47,134 nt of DNA from Candidatus Micrarchaeota archaeon (GTDB lineage Archaea; Micrarchaeota; Micrarchaeia; Norongarragalinales; JACRGE01), in NCBI GenBank assembly GCA_016212465.1, contig JACRGE010000034.1, positions 1-47,134 of the forward strand, in the 5' to 3' direction. Below, piece after piece: positions 10,041 to 18,822 of this stretch. The notes beneath the pieces are model-generated. The model did not search any database and was not told the DNA's origin. It saw only the letters and a list, made by a program, of their open reading frames with translations. The position numbers were made by a program, and so were the translations under genes. Numbering within the stretch: the stretch's first letter is position 1; the number at the start of each line of letters is the position of its first letter.

Positions 10041-10378
10041 CCACACACCTTTACTTTTACGACATCCCATCCGCTCTGGTCTGCTTTAGCGACAAGGCGC
10101 GTGGCATAAAAAGTGTTTTTTTCACAAGAGCATTGGCTCAAGGTATCTGTTTCCTTGTATTTTATGCAGGAATGGGGCGGAGACGGTGTTGGCGCAGGCA
10201 AGCTTGAAACGATGGCTTCTGCAATGACGTCCGCTTCGTTTGAAGAAAGCTCGTTTTGGAGGTTGTGGCGCCGTTGATTGAATTCATACATGTTCAAGAC
10301 AGCCCCCAATACTATGGTGAAGACAGCAACTGAAATAAGGAAATCCATGCTGAATATCTGCGCCCTCTTTTTTCCCAT
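10037..10378 (-). CDS. Minor pilin-like protein (class III signal peptide)
   Basis: MGKKRA|QIFSMDFLISVAVF; GGTG SD. Confidence 0.85.
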   Translation of the reverse strand: MGKKRAQIFSMDFLISVAVFTIVLGAVLNMYEFNQRRHNLQNELSSNEADVIAEAIVSSLPAPTPSPPHSCIKYKETDTLSQCSCEKNTFYATRLVAKADQSGWDVVKVKVCG

Positions 10379-10392
10379 TCCAACACCATTTA

Positions 10393-10821
10393 TCAACACG
10401 AGCCCATGCTGAACTTGACTGTTCCAACTTTTTTTATGCATACCTCTCCTGCGTCGTTGACGCGCTGGTCAAGGCAGCCAGAGAAAACATCTGCATCCAA
10501 GTTGCATGCCGCAGACCCGTCAGCTGAAACATCGTAAACCAATGAATTAATTTTCACTTTGTTGCCCTCTGTTTTTATGGAGTATACAACTGGCCTGTTT
10601 TCGTGGATGATGCAAGGAAGCCTGTATGTCACTTCAGTTTCGGAGACGCATACTCTGTTCGCGAGGAGAACGAGCCCGTTTGCCAGCAGCTTCTCTTGGT
10701 TGTAGAGCGAGGAAGAGGATTTGGTTAACAGGTTGAGGTAATTAGCCAGCCAAAGCATGAGCAACAGTAGGACTGAGAAAACAAAAAACAATTCAAGGGA
10801 AGCTTGAGCGCGCACATCCAC
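10393..10821 (-). CDS. Pilin-like protein (class III signal peptide)
   Basis: RA|QASLELFFVFSVLLL with Q+1/E+5. Confidence 0.85.
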   Translation of the reverse strand: MDVRAQASLELFFVFSVLLLLMLWLANYLNLLTKSSSSLYNQEKLLANGLVLLANRVCVSETEVTYRLPCIIHENRPVVYSIKTEGNKVKINSLVYDVSADGSAACNLDADVFSGCLDQRVNDAGEVCIKKVGTVKFSMGSC

Positions 10822-10913
10822 ACCTGTAATGAAGTGAAGGAATTATGAGCTGGCTGTTATTAAACTTTTATCGTCCTTGGTGCATTGCGTATAAACATGT
10901 AGATAGCATTTCG

Positions 10914-12101
10914 CTAGCTTAGAACTCCCTGGATAAAATAATTCAGGCCAGAGAAATAGAGTAAGGACGGAACGATGAGCGCGCCCATGGAATAGCTGCG
11001 TTTGAGCTTCAGCAGCGGAGGCAATAGCCCCAAGGGAGTTGCAAACGCCATTATGAATAAGCCAGCGAATCCACTGGTAAAGAAAACTGCTGCGGAGAGA
11101 ACCAAGAGAAAAAACAGGTTCAGCTTAAGGAAGTTGAAGGAGTAGAGAAAACCCACGAGCCGCCTGTACGTGAGGAGAAGCAATGCGAGGGAGAGAAAGA
11201 AGGAAACCGCTGTCGCTATCACGATTAACAAAAGCGCTGGGGAAGAATGGAGCATGTCTTTGAGGACAACAGCTGCTCCAGTCCTTGCCTTGCCGATGGT
11301 GAAGACGGCAACAAAGTCAAAGAAGAGCTTGGACGCGACAAGCGATGAATTCAGCACAAGAAAAGACTCGGGGCTGCATTCAAGGAAGATGAAGACCAAC
11401 GCGCTCAAGAGAGCTGGGTTGATTGCAGGAAATAAAACTGAGAGCGAGCCCAGTACGCAACCTGTAAAAACGAGTTTCTTGCTTACCCCTGGCCAAGGGG
11501 CCTCCTCTTGCTTCGGAAACTCGCTTCTTCCCTGGAGGGAAAGCAGGATGGAGGAGACACCGAACAATCCTGTGAGGAGGGGAAACAGCGCATCCGAGGA
11601 GAAAGAGAATGAAAAGAATCCGAACAAGCCCGATAAAAGAAATATTGAAGCAGACAACAGGATGTTTCCCAGAGTTTTCTCGGAAAGGAAGAACGCAATC
11701 AGCAAGAGCAGGAGCACTGGGAGAAGAAGTGGCTTCAGGGAAGTGAACAAAGGCGGCAACAGAATCAGCACGAACGGAAAGAGGATGAAAGACAGGAGAA
11801 GAGAGTGGAAGAACGAGGACAGGACGAGGTTCAGCGCCAAAAATCCTTTTCCTTCCAGCACGAGTTTGTGCGCTGGGAGTACAGTAACCCCCTGGTCGGC
11901 TGATGGAATGCAGAAGAATACAACTGGAATACTCTCAAAGACGAGGTGTGAGAAAGCAACGCCTGCTGCGAATAAACCAAGCGCAAGGGAATCACTGAAA
12001 AAGCCTTTCGCCAGCTCCATCAAGAGGTTCGTGTGAATGAACGGGAAAATCCCTAGGATACCGACGAGGATTCCTATGAAAACAAACAACAAGGGATTCA
12101 T
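10914..12101 (-). CDS. Polytopic membrane protein, probably archaeal TctA-like (tripartite tricarboxylate transporter permease) family
   Basis: ~11-12 TM segments; G..P.IHTN, VLPAHKLVLEGKG, LFPLLTGLFG and ARTG match my recollection of the archaeal TctA/DUF112 family. Confidence 0.75.
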   Translation of the reverse strand: MNPLLFVFIGILVGILGIFPFIHTNLLMELAKGFFSDSLALGLFAAGVAFSHLVFESIPVVFFCIPSADQGVTVLPAHKLVLEGKGFLALNLVLSSFFHSLLLSFILFPFVLILLPPLFTSLKPLLLPVLLLLLIAFFLSEKTLGNILLSASIFLLSGLFGFFSFSFSSDALFPLLTGLFGVSSILLSLQGRSEFPKQEEAPWPGVSKKLVFTGCVLGSLSVLFPAINPALLSALVFIFLECSPESFLVLNSSLVASKLFFDFVAVFTIGKARTGAAVVLKDMLHSSPALLLIVIATAVSFFLSLALLLLTYRRLVGFLYSFNFLKLNLFFLLVLSAAVFFTSGFAGLFIMAFATPLGLLPPLLKLKRSYSMGALIVPSLLYFSGLNYFIQGVLS

Positions 12102-12496
12102 TTCAAGACATTCACCGAATCAATATCCAAAGGAACTAACTCCAACTCTCCCCCGTATTCTTTTAAAACTCCTTTCACCTCCACCAACCCCCCGTTCTTT
12201 ATTCCAGCTGGGTTAATGGAACCCTCTCGCATTCTCTTGGCAAGCGATGAAAAGATTGCTACCTGAACGCAACGAGGATATTCGCATAGCTTGAAGAACG
12301 TGTTTCCGTTCTTTGAGTAAATCCCTGAAACCCTTCCCTTCACCAACAGCATTCTCCCTATATCCTCTTCGCTGATTTCATTCAACTTTTTTTCAGTCGG
12401 GCCACTTGATTTAAGGAAGACAACGAGCAATAGAATTCCGACAAACGCTAGGCCCAGCGATAGGTAGACATAATGCCTTTCACTCAAACACTCCAC
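12098..12496 (-). CDS. Membrane-anchored OB-fold protein
   Basis: N-terminal TM then OB-fold pattern (DIGRMLLVKGRV..G.TFF.L..VEVKGVLKEYGGELEL). Confidence 0.8.
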   Translation of the reverse strand: MECLSERHYVYLSLGLAFVGILLLVVFLKSSGPTEKKLNEISEEDIGRMLLVKGRVSGIYSKNGNTFFKLCEYPRCVQVAIFSSLAKRMREGSINPAGIKNGGLVEVKGVLKEYGGELELVPLDIDSVNVLK

Positions 12497-12497
12497 C

Positions 12498-13010
12498 TCA
12501 CTCGACTCTGCAGAGCCTTGCTTCAGAGAATAAGTTCTTCTTCAACAAGATTTTAACACTTTCGCCTGGCGAAACCCTGCGGGATGGAACAGCGTAAACG
12601 CCTTTGAAGTTGTGGGAAATGCTTTCCTCCATTTCAACTACTGCATAACCATTGGAATAGCCGATTGCCTTCCCGAATGCATGCGACGGCACGACCAGTT
12701 TCCTGAGGACGATGAACAACGCTAGAAAAAACACGATGAAGAAAATTGATAAAGCAGGTAGAAGAAATGGATTCAAGATAAAGGCGTTGAAATAAATTTT
12801 GAACAACAGGAAGAGGATGGATACCGCTGAGAAAACGAAGACGAAGAAAAACGCGGCCTTCCTCTCATACTGTTTTAGCTTGAAGGCGATCCAGATGCAA
12901 GCAGATGAAATAATTAGCACAGCTATAAATGAAAAGACGATGTTGTAGAATGAAAGAAGGAAGGAGAACAAGAACATGAGAACCAATACAAGTTGGAACC
13001 ATAGCTTCAT
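12498..13010 (-). CDS. Pilus-locus membrane protein (DUF2101-like)
   Basis: 4 TM segments followed by a small beta domain (FGKAI..YAVV..KGVYAV..GESVKI); position in the locus. Confidence 0.6.
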   Translation of the reverse strand: MKLWFQLVLVLMFLFSFLLSFYNIVFSFIAVLIISSACIWIAFKLKQYERKAAFFFVFVFSAVSILFLLFKIYFNAFILNPFLLPALSIFFIVFFLALFIVLRKLVVPSHAFGKAIGYSNGYAVVEMEESISHNFKGVYAVPSRRVSPGESVKILLKKNLFSEARLCRVE

Positions 13011-13026
13011 TTCAAATCCACTTTAT

Positions 13027-13398
13027 TCAATCCAGTTGAACTGAGTAAACGTAGTTCGGTGCAGAAAACTGTTCCTTACCTTCAATATCAAGGGATGGAG
13101 AAAACGTGTCTCTTATCTTGCCCAAAATCCTTTGCCTCAACTCGTTTTTTTCTCCAATACTTAAGTCAGCAGTTGCTATCCCCGGCTTCAGAACCACGCT
13201 CTTTCCATCTATTGCATAATTCATTTCAGCGAACGAGAGGGAGTGCTCTTGAGCATATTCTAGGGCACCAACTCTTGCTGAAGAAATCGCGAGATTGAGC
13301 TCGGATTCCCTGAGGCCAGGAAGCAAAACAAAGGAAATGAATAGGACGATCAAGCCGACCACTATGATGAACTCAATCGAGCTCTGTGCCCTTTGCAT
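13027..13398 (-). CDS. Pilin-like protein (class III signal peptide)
   Basis: MQRA|QSSIEFIIVVGLIVL. Confidence 0.87.
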   Translation of the reverse strand: MQRAQSSIEFIIVVGLIVLFISFVLLPGLRESELNLAISSARVGALEYAQEHSLSFAEMNYAIDGKSVVLKPGIATADLSIGEKNELRQRILGKIRDTFSPSLDIEGKEQFSAPNYVYSVQLD

Positions 13399-13438
13399 CA
13401 AAACCACTTTTCATAAGTCAACCATCATTCTTGCCACA

Positions 13439-13864
13439 TCAACTGATTGTTTGGCAGGTTACCTTTATTGTCTTCAAGGGAGCATCGTTGAAAGCAGTGA
13501 AGCGAATCCATCCTGAAGAATAACAGTCTTCTTCAAATGAAACATCTGGAGACAGGAATTGGTCGCCGTACACTTTTTTCCCGGATTCCTTTTGTAAGCA
13601 ATATGATTCTCTACCATCTCTCAGAAAGCAGACCATGTCCTTTGGAACGAATACATCCTGTGTTATGCTTGTACCAGCTCCTCCAAGCTTCGCATAGTTC
13701 ACTACTCCAGAGACCGTGTCCGCACAGGATTTGGCGAGAGCCGCTGCATCCAACTGCCGGATGTACTTCATTTGCTCCAGTGCGTTAGCCAGCAGCATGC
13801 TGATCATGGCCATCACTATCGCTAGGATGAGGAAGAACTCAACTGAAAGCTGGCCTTTCTTCAT
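13439..13864 (-). CDS. Pilin-like protein (class III signal peptide)
   Basis: MKKG|QLSVEFFLILAIVM; GGAGG SD. Confidence 0.88.
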   Translation of the reverse strand: MKKGQLSVEFFLILAIVMAMISMLLANALEQMKYIRQLDAAALAKSCADTVSGVVNYAKLGGAGTSITQDVFVPKDMVCFLRDGRESYCLQKESGKKVYGDQFLSPDVSFEEDCYSSGWIRFTAFNDAPLKTIKVTCQTIS

Positions 13865-13947
13865 CAGATTATCCTCCCATAGCACAAACTGCATTCCAAC
13901 AAATCAATTCCTGATAAATAACCAAAACAACGCCATCAACCATTTTG

Positions 13948-15036
13948 TCAGACTACCTTCCAAAACACACTCAACACAAAGCCCAGGAACAAAACCGGCG
14001 CAAAGGCAATGGTTTCCCTCACACCCAGATACTTTAATGCCCCCAGCTTTTTTAACTCTTTGATTTCCTTCCCAGAAATCCCTGCTGCATTCAATGAATC
14101 CACCACAATCTTGTTTCTCGGAAGAAAGAAACCGCGCCCCCGCACAAGGCTTCCCAGCGCTTCCGCCATAGTCCACTTCATAACCCTGCCTTTTTCTAAG
14201 TAAACGGTTTCAGCCGGCACCATTCCCTTCCTTAAATCACGGAGCGCAACCCATTTAACGAGCACTCGAGAGGAAAAAACCTTCAAGACGTTCTTTAGAA
14301 AAGCCAGTGTAATAATTGAAGCGAAAACAAGTGGAAAGACTGAAATAGTTGAATTAAAGTCCAAGAGAAGGCCGGCAAAGAAAAGCAGGAACGGAACTGG
14401 ATTTGGTTTTTTAAGAAGCGGGTTTAAGAAAAACCCTGCAACAACCAAGAAAACCAATGCAAGCAGTAAATCCAGCCGAGAGGCTAGGAGGAACAAGGGA
14501 GTTGAAAGCAAGGAATTCAGGAGAGAAGCCTCGATTAACTCAATTTTAAAAACATTCCTTCTCAGCTTAACCAATTGCTTGAAGTGAATTACTAAAAGCC
14601 CTAGTGCCAGCATGAAAGCTGAATTCAGGAAGATAGAGAGAAAAGAATAATAGTTGTAGTCTGCAAAAAGAGGGAATGCTGCGGAAAGCGCCCAAAAGAA
14701 CTTGGCGTCTCCTCCTCCCCAGACCCCTAGCTTAAAGAGAAGGTAAGAGAAAAGCAGGGAAAGCAAGAGAAACAAGATATAGGTTGCTGAAAAAATTGAT
14801 GAAAACACTGAAATAAAAATGGAGGACAAAAGCAGCAAGTAATTGAGGTTGTTAGGGATTCTTCTCTCTTTCACATCAAAATATATTGCTGCAAGCGAGA
14901 ATAGGGAAACGACGAGAAATGGAATAAACAGCTTAATGGAAGAAAGCACTGAGGAAACCATGAGAAGAAAGGGAGAAGAACTAAAAACGGTGGGGAATGG
15001 AGTGCTGAAGACAGGGCAGAAGGGGTTTAATCCCAT
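13948..15036 (-). CDS. EppA-like A24 prepilin peptidase
   Basis: Catalytic aspartates in YFDVKERRIPN and WGGGDAK; extra TM segments and C-terminal LRKGMVPAE..AAGI..IAFAP, as in the larger EppA type. Confidence 0.9.
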   Translation of the reverse strand: MGLNPFCPVFSTPFPTVFSSSPFLLMVSSVLSSIKLFIPFLVVSLFSLAAIYFDVKERRIPNNLNYLLLLSSIFISVFSSIFSATYILFLLLSLLFSYLLFKLGVWGGGDAKFFWALSAAFPLFADYNYYSFLSIFLNSAFMLALGLLVIHFKQLVKLRRNVFKIELIEASLLNSLLSTPLFLLASRLDLLLALVFLVVAGFFLNPLLKKPNPVPFLLFFAGLLLDFNSTISVFPLVFASIITLAFLKNVLKVFSSRVLVKWVALRDLRKGMVPAETVYLEKGRVMKWTMAEALGSLVRGRGFFLPRNKIVVDSLNAAGISGKEIKELKKLGALKYLGVRETIAFAPVLFLGFVLSVFWKVV

Positions 15037-15046
15037 TGCACCACTT

Positions 15047-15214
15047 TTACCTCAACAGCATGGCTATGGTTGCATCGCGTTCCATCGCAATATGCGCTGC
15101 TACAGTGTCAGTGAACGCCTTTACGTTGATGGCAATCGCAATCCCCACTACCACGATAAGCAATCCAAGTGCAACTAGCAGGATATACTCCGTCGCCGCC
15201 TGCCCCCGCTTCAT
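15047..15214 (-). CDS. Short pilin (class III signal peptide)
   Basis: MKRG|QAATEYILLVALGLLIVVV; TTTAAATA box at ~15263-15270 upstream. Confidence 0.87.
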   Translation of the reverse strand: MKRGQAATEYILLVALGLLIVVVGIAIAINVKAFTDTVAAHIAMERDATIAMLLR

Positions 15215-15327
15215 GGAACGCCTCTTCAACAGCATACAGACCCAAATAGATTAGACTGGAGGTATTTAAAACTTGGCTACATAGCTTTATTTTATGAAAG
15301 TAAAATGATAACAAAAAGGTAAGAAAG

Positions 15328-15690
15328 TTACTTACCACAACAAGTCAAGCAGAATCCACAAAACCCCGTGCCTGTCGTCGCCCACTCATAACTCGTTGAT
15401 GTCGCGGTACACAATCCGGCGGTGGTATCCCCCTTTATTCTATAGCCGTTGAGTCCCTTACAAGAAGGCACAGAAGCGTAATCGACGACACCATCGGCTT
15501 TAAAATTTCCACTAGTATCCCAGCACCCACTGCTGGACGCAAGCTGAGTATAGCAAGCTTGTTTCATAGCTTGGGCAGGTCCGGTCTGTGCAAGCGGTCC
15601 CCTCAATAGGACGACGATGATGACGACAATCAGCAAAACTCCGGCTAGAAGCAGGATGTATTCAAAAGCACCTTGACCTTTCTTCATCAT
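15328..15690 (-). CDS. Pilin, likely the major subunit
   Basis: MMKKG|QGAFEYILLLAGVLLIVV; GGTGAT SD; own promoter and T-rich terminator; 8 Cys. Confidence 0.9.
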   Translation of the reverse strand: MMKKGQGAFEYILLLAGVLLIVVIIVVLLRGPLAQTGPAQAMKQACYTQLASSSGCWDTSGNFKADGVVDYASVPSCKGLNGYRIKGDTTAGLCTATSTSYEWATTGTGFCGFCLTCCGK

Positions 15691-15760
15691 ATCACCAACC
15701 ATTTTTTCATTCAACTTTAACTAAACCAACAAAAACGACTATAGAGAGAAATGCGGGGGG

Positions 15761-15776
15761 CTTTAAAAAGATTTCG
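15761..15776 (-). promoter_or_regulatory. BRE/TATA promoter for the putative major pilin
   Basis: Minus strand CGAAATCTTTTTAAAG about 75 nt upstream of the start. Confidence 0.55.
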
Positions 15777-15816
15777 TTTAAATGGGGGAGAGCATTCTGT
15801 GGGTTATGTGACTAAC

Positions 15817-16326
15817 CTATGGTGTTTTGCAACAATGCGGAGTAGAAGAATCGCATAGGCCTTGAAGCTCGGAGCCGCTGGAGCAGGCACTGGCTTGGCA
15901 AACGCCGCCAATCTTTTCGCAGACTGGACCACAGCACACCTTGTCTTTCGGGTCGCAGATGCCTGCAAGAGAAAAGCCGCTGGCGCACTCGGCTCCCCCG
16001 CATACTCCGTTAATGAGTTCGCAGGGAGGTCCGCAGTAGTGGGTGGGGTCGCCCTCGAGTTTGACGCCGCAGCGGGATGCGAGCCGTTGGTTTACTGGAG
16101 TTGCATCAGGCATCCACTCACCGTGTTCGTCAAAGCAGCCGGAGCGCAAGTCAGAGTTCAGTCTTTGCCTGCAGTAAGCGTAATAATCTTGGATGGTTTT
16201 GTTCTCAGTTGGAAAGAGAATGCCTCCTCTAACGACTACGGTTACGATGACTACGATGAGTATTCCGACGCCGATGAGCAGCAGGTACTCTACGGAAGTT
16301 TGGCCCTTCAACGAAACACCTTTCAA
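15817..16326 (-). CDS. Pilin with two C-terminal beta-defensin-like six-Cys repeats
   Basis: KG|QTSVEYLLLIGVGILIVV; two copies of C-x6-C-x4-C-x9-C-x6-CC. Confidence 0.88.
   Translation of the reverse strand: MKGVSLKGQTSVEYLLLIGVGILIVVIVTVVVRGGILFPTENKTIQDYYAYCRQRLNSDLRSGCFDEHGEWMPDATPVNQRLASRCGVKLEGDPTHYCGPPCELINGVCGGAECASGFSLAGICDPKDKVCCGPVCEKIGGVCQASACSSGSELQGLCDSSTPHCCKTP
15829..16023 (-). repeat. Tandem 34-aa-period Cys-rich protein repeat (2 copies)
   Basis: CELINGVCGGAECASGFSLAGICDPKDKVCC and CEKIGGVCQASACSSGSELQGLCDSSTPHCC. Confidence 0.9.
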
Positions 16327-16424
16327 CCCATTACGTATCTTTTGATGAAGAACGTGATTAAAGCAACTACTCCGACTACCGAGCCAATCAGCAGCAGGTA
16401 TTCAACTGCGGTTTGTCCCTTCAT
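16323..16424 (-). CDS. 33-aa minimal pilin (not in the ORF track)
   Basis: MKG|QTAVEYLLLIGSVVGVVALITFFIKRYVMG*; GAGGTG SD; stop overlaps the TTG start of the next pilin. Confidence 0.85.
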   Translation of the reverse strand: MKGQTAVEYLLLIGSVVGVVALITFFIKRYVMG

Positions 16425-16514
16425 TTCACGCACCTCGCTACTGTAAATACGTTCGCTTCATTAAAAAACATTTCATAACCCATAACCCTCTTCTTTAGAC
16501 TTCGCAAAACCATT

Positions 16515-17534
16515 TTACATGATGCAGGAAATCGAGGAGCCAATAATCAAGTCGCTGAAGATCTTTCCTCCCTCGAACATGAGGATGGTGAACAACACCA
16601 TGATTGGAACATAAAGAATGTATTTGAAGGGGTCTCCTTCTCGAATGATTCCTACTGCAATGAGGGAGACAATTGCTTGAGCGGAAAGGAATACTGTGAG
16701 GAGGAGGTTGAGCCAGCTTAAATCTAGTGGAGAGGGGATGCATGCGTCTGCAGAGGGGTTGAAAACCATTTTCTGGGAAGTGCAGTAGGCTGCTTTCTGC
16801 TGGGGCAGCAGGTTGGAGACGGAAATAGTTGTTTGGCCTGTTGCAGCAATCATGCCGCTTCCCATGTAACAAACGATGCTTAAGGAAAAACCGAATATGA
16901 ATGGCGAAAGCAACAGCGTAGAAATATACAGGAACATGACGTGCATGGTTGTCCTGGAATATCTTTCCCTCTTCACCCTGAGGATTTCCTTGGCGTCGTC
17001 TGCAATGGAGTTCATTACATCAGCTAAGCCCGCACCTGCCTTGCGTGCATCCAATATGATTGTAACGCATCTCTTGAAGATGATGGAGCCCGTTTTTTTG
17101 GCGGCGTCTGTGAGGACTGCATCAAACTCCCTGCCCTCCCTCAACTGCTTTAAAGAAACCTTGAGGTCGACGCTGATGGGACCGTAATCCGAGTTTGCCG
17201 CTTCTTCAAGCGCGCTCTCCGTTGTTCCACCTGACTTGAGGACTGCTGACATGTGCTTTAGAACATCGGGAAGAGTAGAGTCAATCTGAGAGATTCTGGC
17301 GTTCCTTAAGGTGATGGGGAAGCTGACTATGAGGCTGAGGACTGCAATGAAGCCGATGACTGCAATGAGGGGCTTGAGGTTCAGGACGAGGAATATGAGC
17401 GCGGTTGCCAATGCAATAAAGAAGATGACTGCAATGAATTTCTTGAAGCTGAACCTGAATCCCGTTCCCTCGTAGTAAACCTCCATTTTCTTGTACTCTT
17501 CCTTCAACCTTGCCTTGATTTCGTTGGAATTCAT
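16515..17534 (-). CDS. Type IV pilus platform protein (TadC/GspF family)
   Basis: LPDVLKHMSAVLKSGGTTESAL..DYGPIS..AGAGLADVM; multiple TM segments; next to the ATPase. Confidence 0.92.
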   Translation of the reverse strand: MNSNEIKARLKEEYKKMEVYYEGTGFRFSFKKFIAVIFFIALATALIFLVLNLKPLIAVIGFIAVLSLIVSFPITLRNARISQIDSTLPDVLKHMSAVLKSGGTTESALEEAANSDYGPISVDLKVSLKQLREGREFDAVLTDAAKKTGSIIFKRCVTIILDARKAGAGLADVMNSIADDAKEILRVKRERYSRTTMHVMFLYISTLLLSPFIFGFSLSIVCYMGSGMIAATGQTTISVSNLLPQQKAAYCTSQKMVFNPSADACIPSPLDLSWLNLLLTVFLSAQAIVSLIAVGIIREGDPFKYILYVPIMVLFTILMFEGGKIFSDLIIGSSISCIM

Positions 17535-17538
17535 TTCA

Positions 17539-18594
17539 TCACGCTGGTTCTATCCTCCTTATTATGAACAGGATGAGTCCCATCGCCGCAAACACGAGGA
17601 GGAAACTGATGTAGACGATGCTCATCGGAATCTTGCCGGCGAAAATCGGGAGCTGTATGATGGCTGACAGAATCGTGATGGTAACAGGTGCAACCACTGC
17701 AACCATTATGAACACTACGTTGATAATGTTCAGTTTTTCAGTGAAATCCCGTATGAGCATCCTCGTCTCAAACGAAACATCTGAGGCGATTCCCGACATG
17801 ATGTCGGAAAGGTTTCCGCCAGTCCTCAAAGCCCTGTTCATCTGCATAATGGTTTTCTTCAATCCCTTTGAGCGAGTTGAGTAAGCGAGTTTCATGAACG
17901 CTTCTTCAGTGTTCATCCCGCCATCAATGTCCCGCAACACTTTTTTGATTTCCATGCTGAGCAACCCGTAATCAGCTTCAGCAATGGACTGCAACGCCCT
18001 GTGAAAGCTTACGCCAGACTTCAGTTGGGTTGCGAGGTGCCTCAACGCAAAGGGAAGCTCCCTGTCTATCTTGAATGCGCGGTTGGTTGCCCTCATGGAA
18101 GGATAGAGGAGCGCAAGCAAGGACAAGCCGATGAAAACAAACAAGCCGATTAAGGGTGCTAGCGCAGCCAGGGATATGTCCGCGATTGCAACGCCCAAGG
18201 TGATGAGAAGCAACATGATCAACAAGGAGGAAAGCAAGGCAATGGATGAAACTGCCACCAGGTATGCCTCCACGCTGAGGTCAATGCCTGCAGCCGCAAG
18301 ATCGACTTTCATGTTTTTTGTGACTGGAATGGAGGAAAGGAATTCAGCTATCCTCAGTATAACTCCCTGCAAGGAAGAGTATACTCTTCCAACCAAGGCA
18401 AGCCCCTTTGCCGTAAATGTCTCGGAACTGACTTTTGAAAAGTCAAGCGGCAATTCCTTGGACTGGCCTTCAAGCCTTGCCTTCAGCTCTGCGACCTTTC
18501 CTGCTGGAGCTGGTGCAACAGGCCTCTCTTTTTCCTTGAGCCTGCTTATTATCTTCTCGAGCTTTTCCTTTTCTTTATCCACTTCCTTATCCAT
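17539..18594 (-). CDS. Type IV pilus platform protein (TadB/C, GspF family)
   Basis: IDRELPFALRHLATQLKSGVS..DYGLLS..TGGNLSDIM. Confidence 0.92.
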   Translation of the reverse strand: MDKEVDKEKEKLEKIISRLKEKERPVAPAPAGKVAELKARLEGQSKELPLDFSKVSSETFTAKGLALVGRVYSSLQGVILRIAEFLSSIPVTKNMKVDLAAAGIDLSVEAYLVAVSSIALLSSLLIMLLLITLGVAIADISLAALAPLIGLFVFIGLSLLALLYPSMRATNRAFKIDRELPFALRHLATQLKSGVSFHRALQSIAEADYGLLSMEIKKVLRDIDGGMNTEEAFMKLAYSTRSKGLKKTIMQMNRALRTGGNLSDIMSGIASDVSFETRMLIRDFTEKLNIINVVFIMVAVVAPVTITILSAIIQLPIFAGKIPMSIVYISFLLVFAAMGLILFIIRRIEPA

Positions 18595-18822
18595 TTAAAT
18601 GACCATCCATTTGATTTTGCACCAACAGCCTAAGACCCCTTCCATGTTTTTATTAACTAAATCCTTTCTTCAATTTAATCGCCTTCGTCAACCTTGTATT
18701 ATCCAAGCAATAATGTTAAAATAATTTTTTGATGTTCTTTCAACCTATTTCTTTTCTTATTTTAATGTCCTGGGTTTTTGTTTTTACAGCCTCTATTCAA
18801 GCAATCAAGAAATATTGAACGC

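Noticed and set aside
11170-12036. 288-aa plus-strand ORF
   Set aside because: Antisense shadow of the Leu/Phe-rich TctA-like gene; Arg/Lys/Asn-rich composition is what such a shadow produces
15862-16446. 194-aa plus-strand ORF with a DDYDEY stretch
   Set aside because: Antisense to two clear pilin genes
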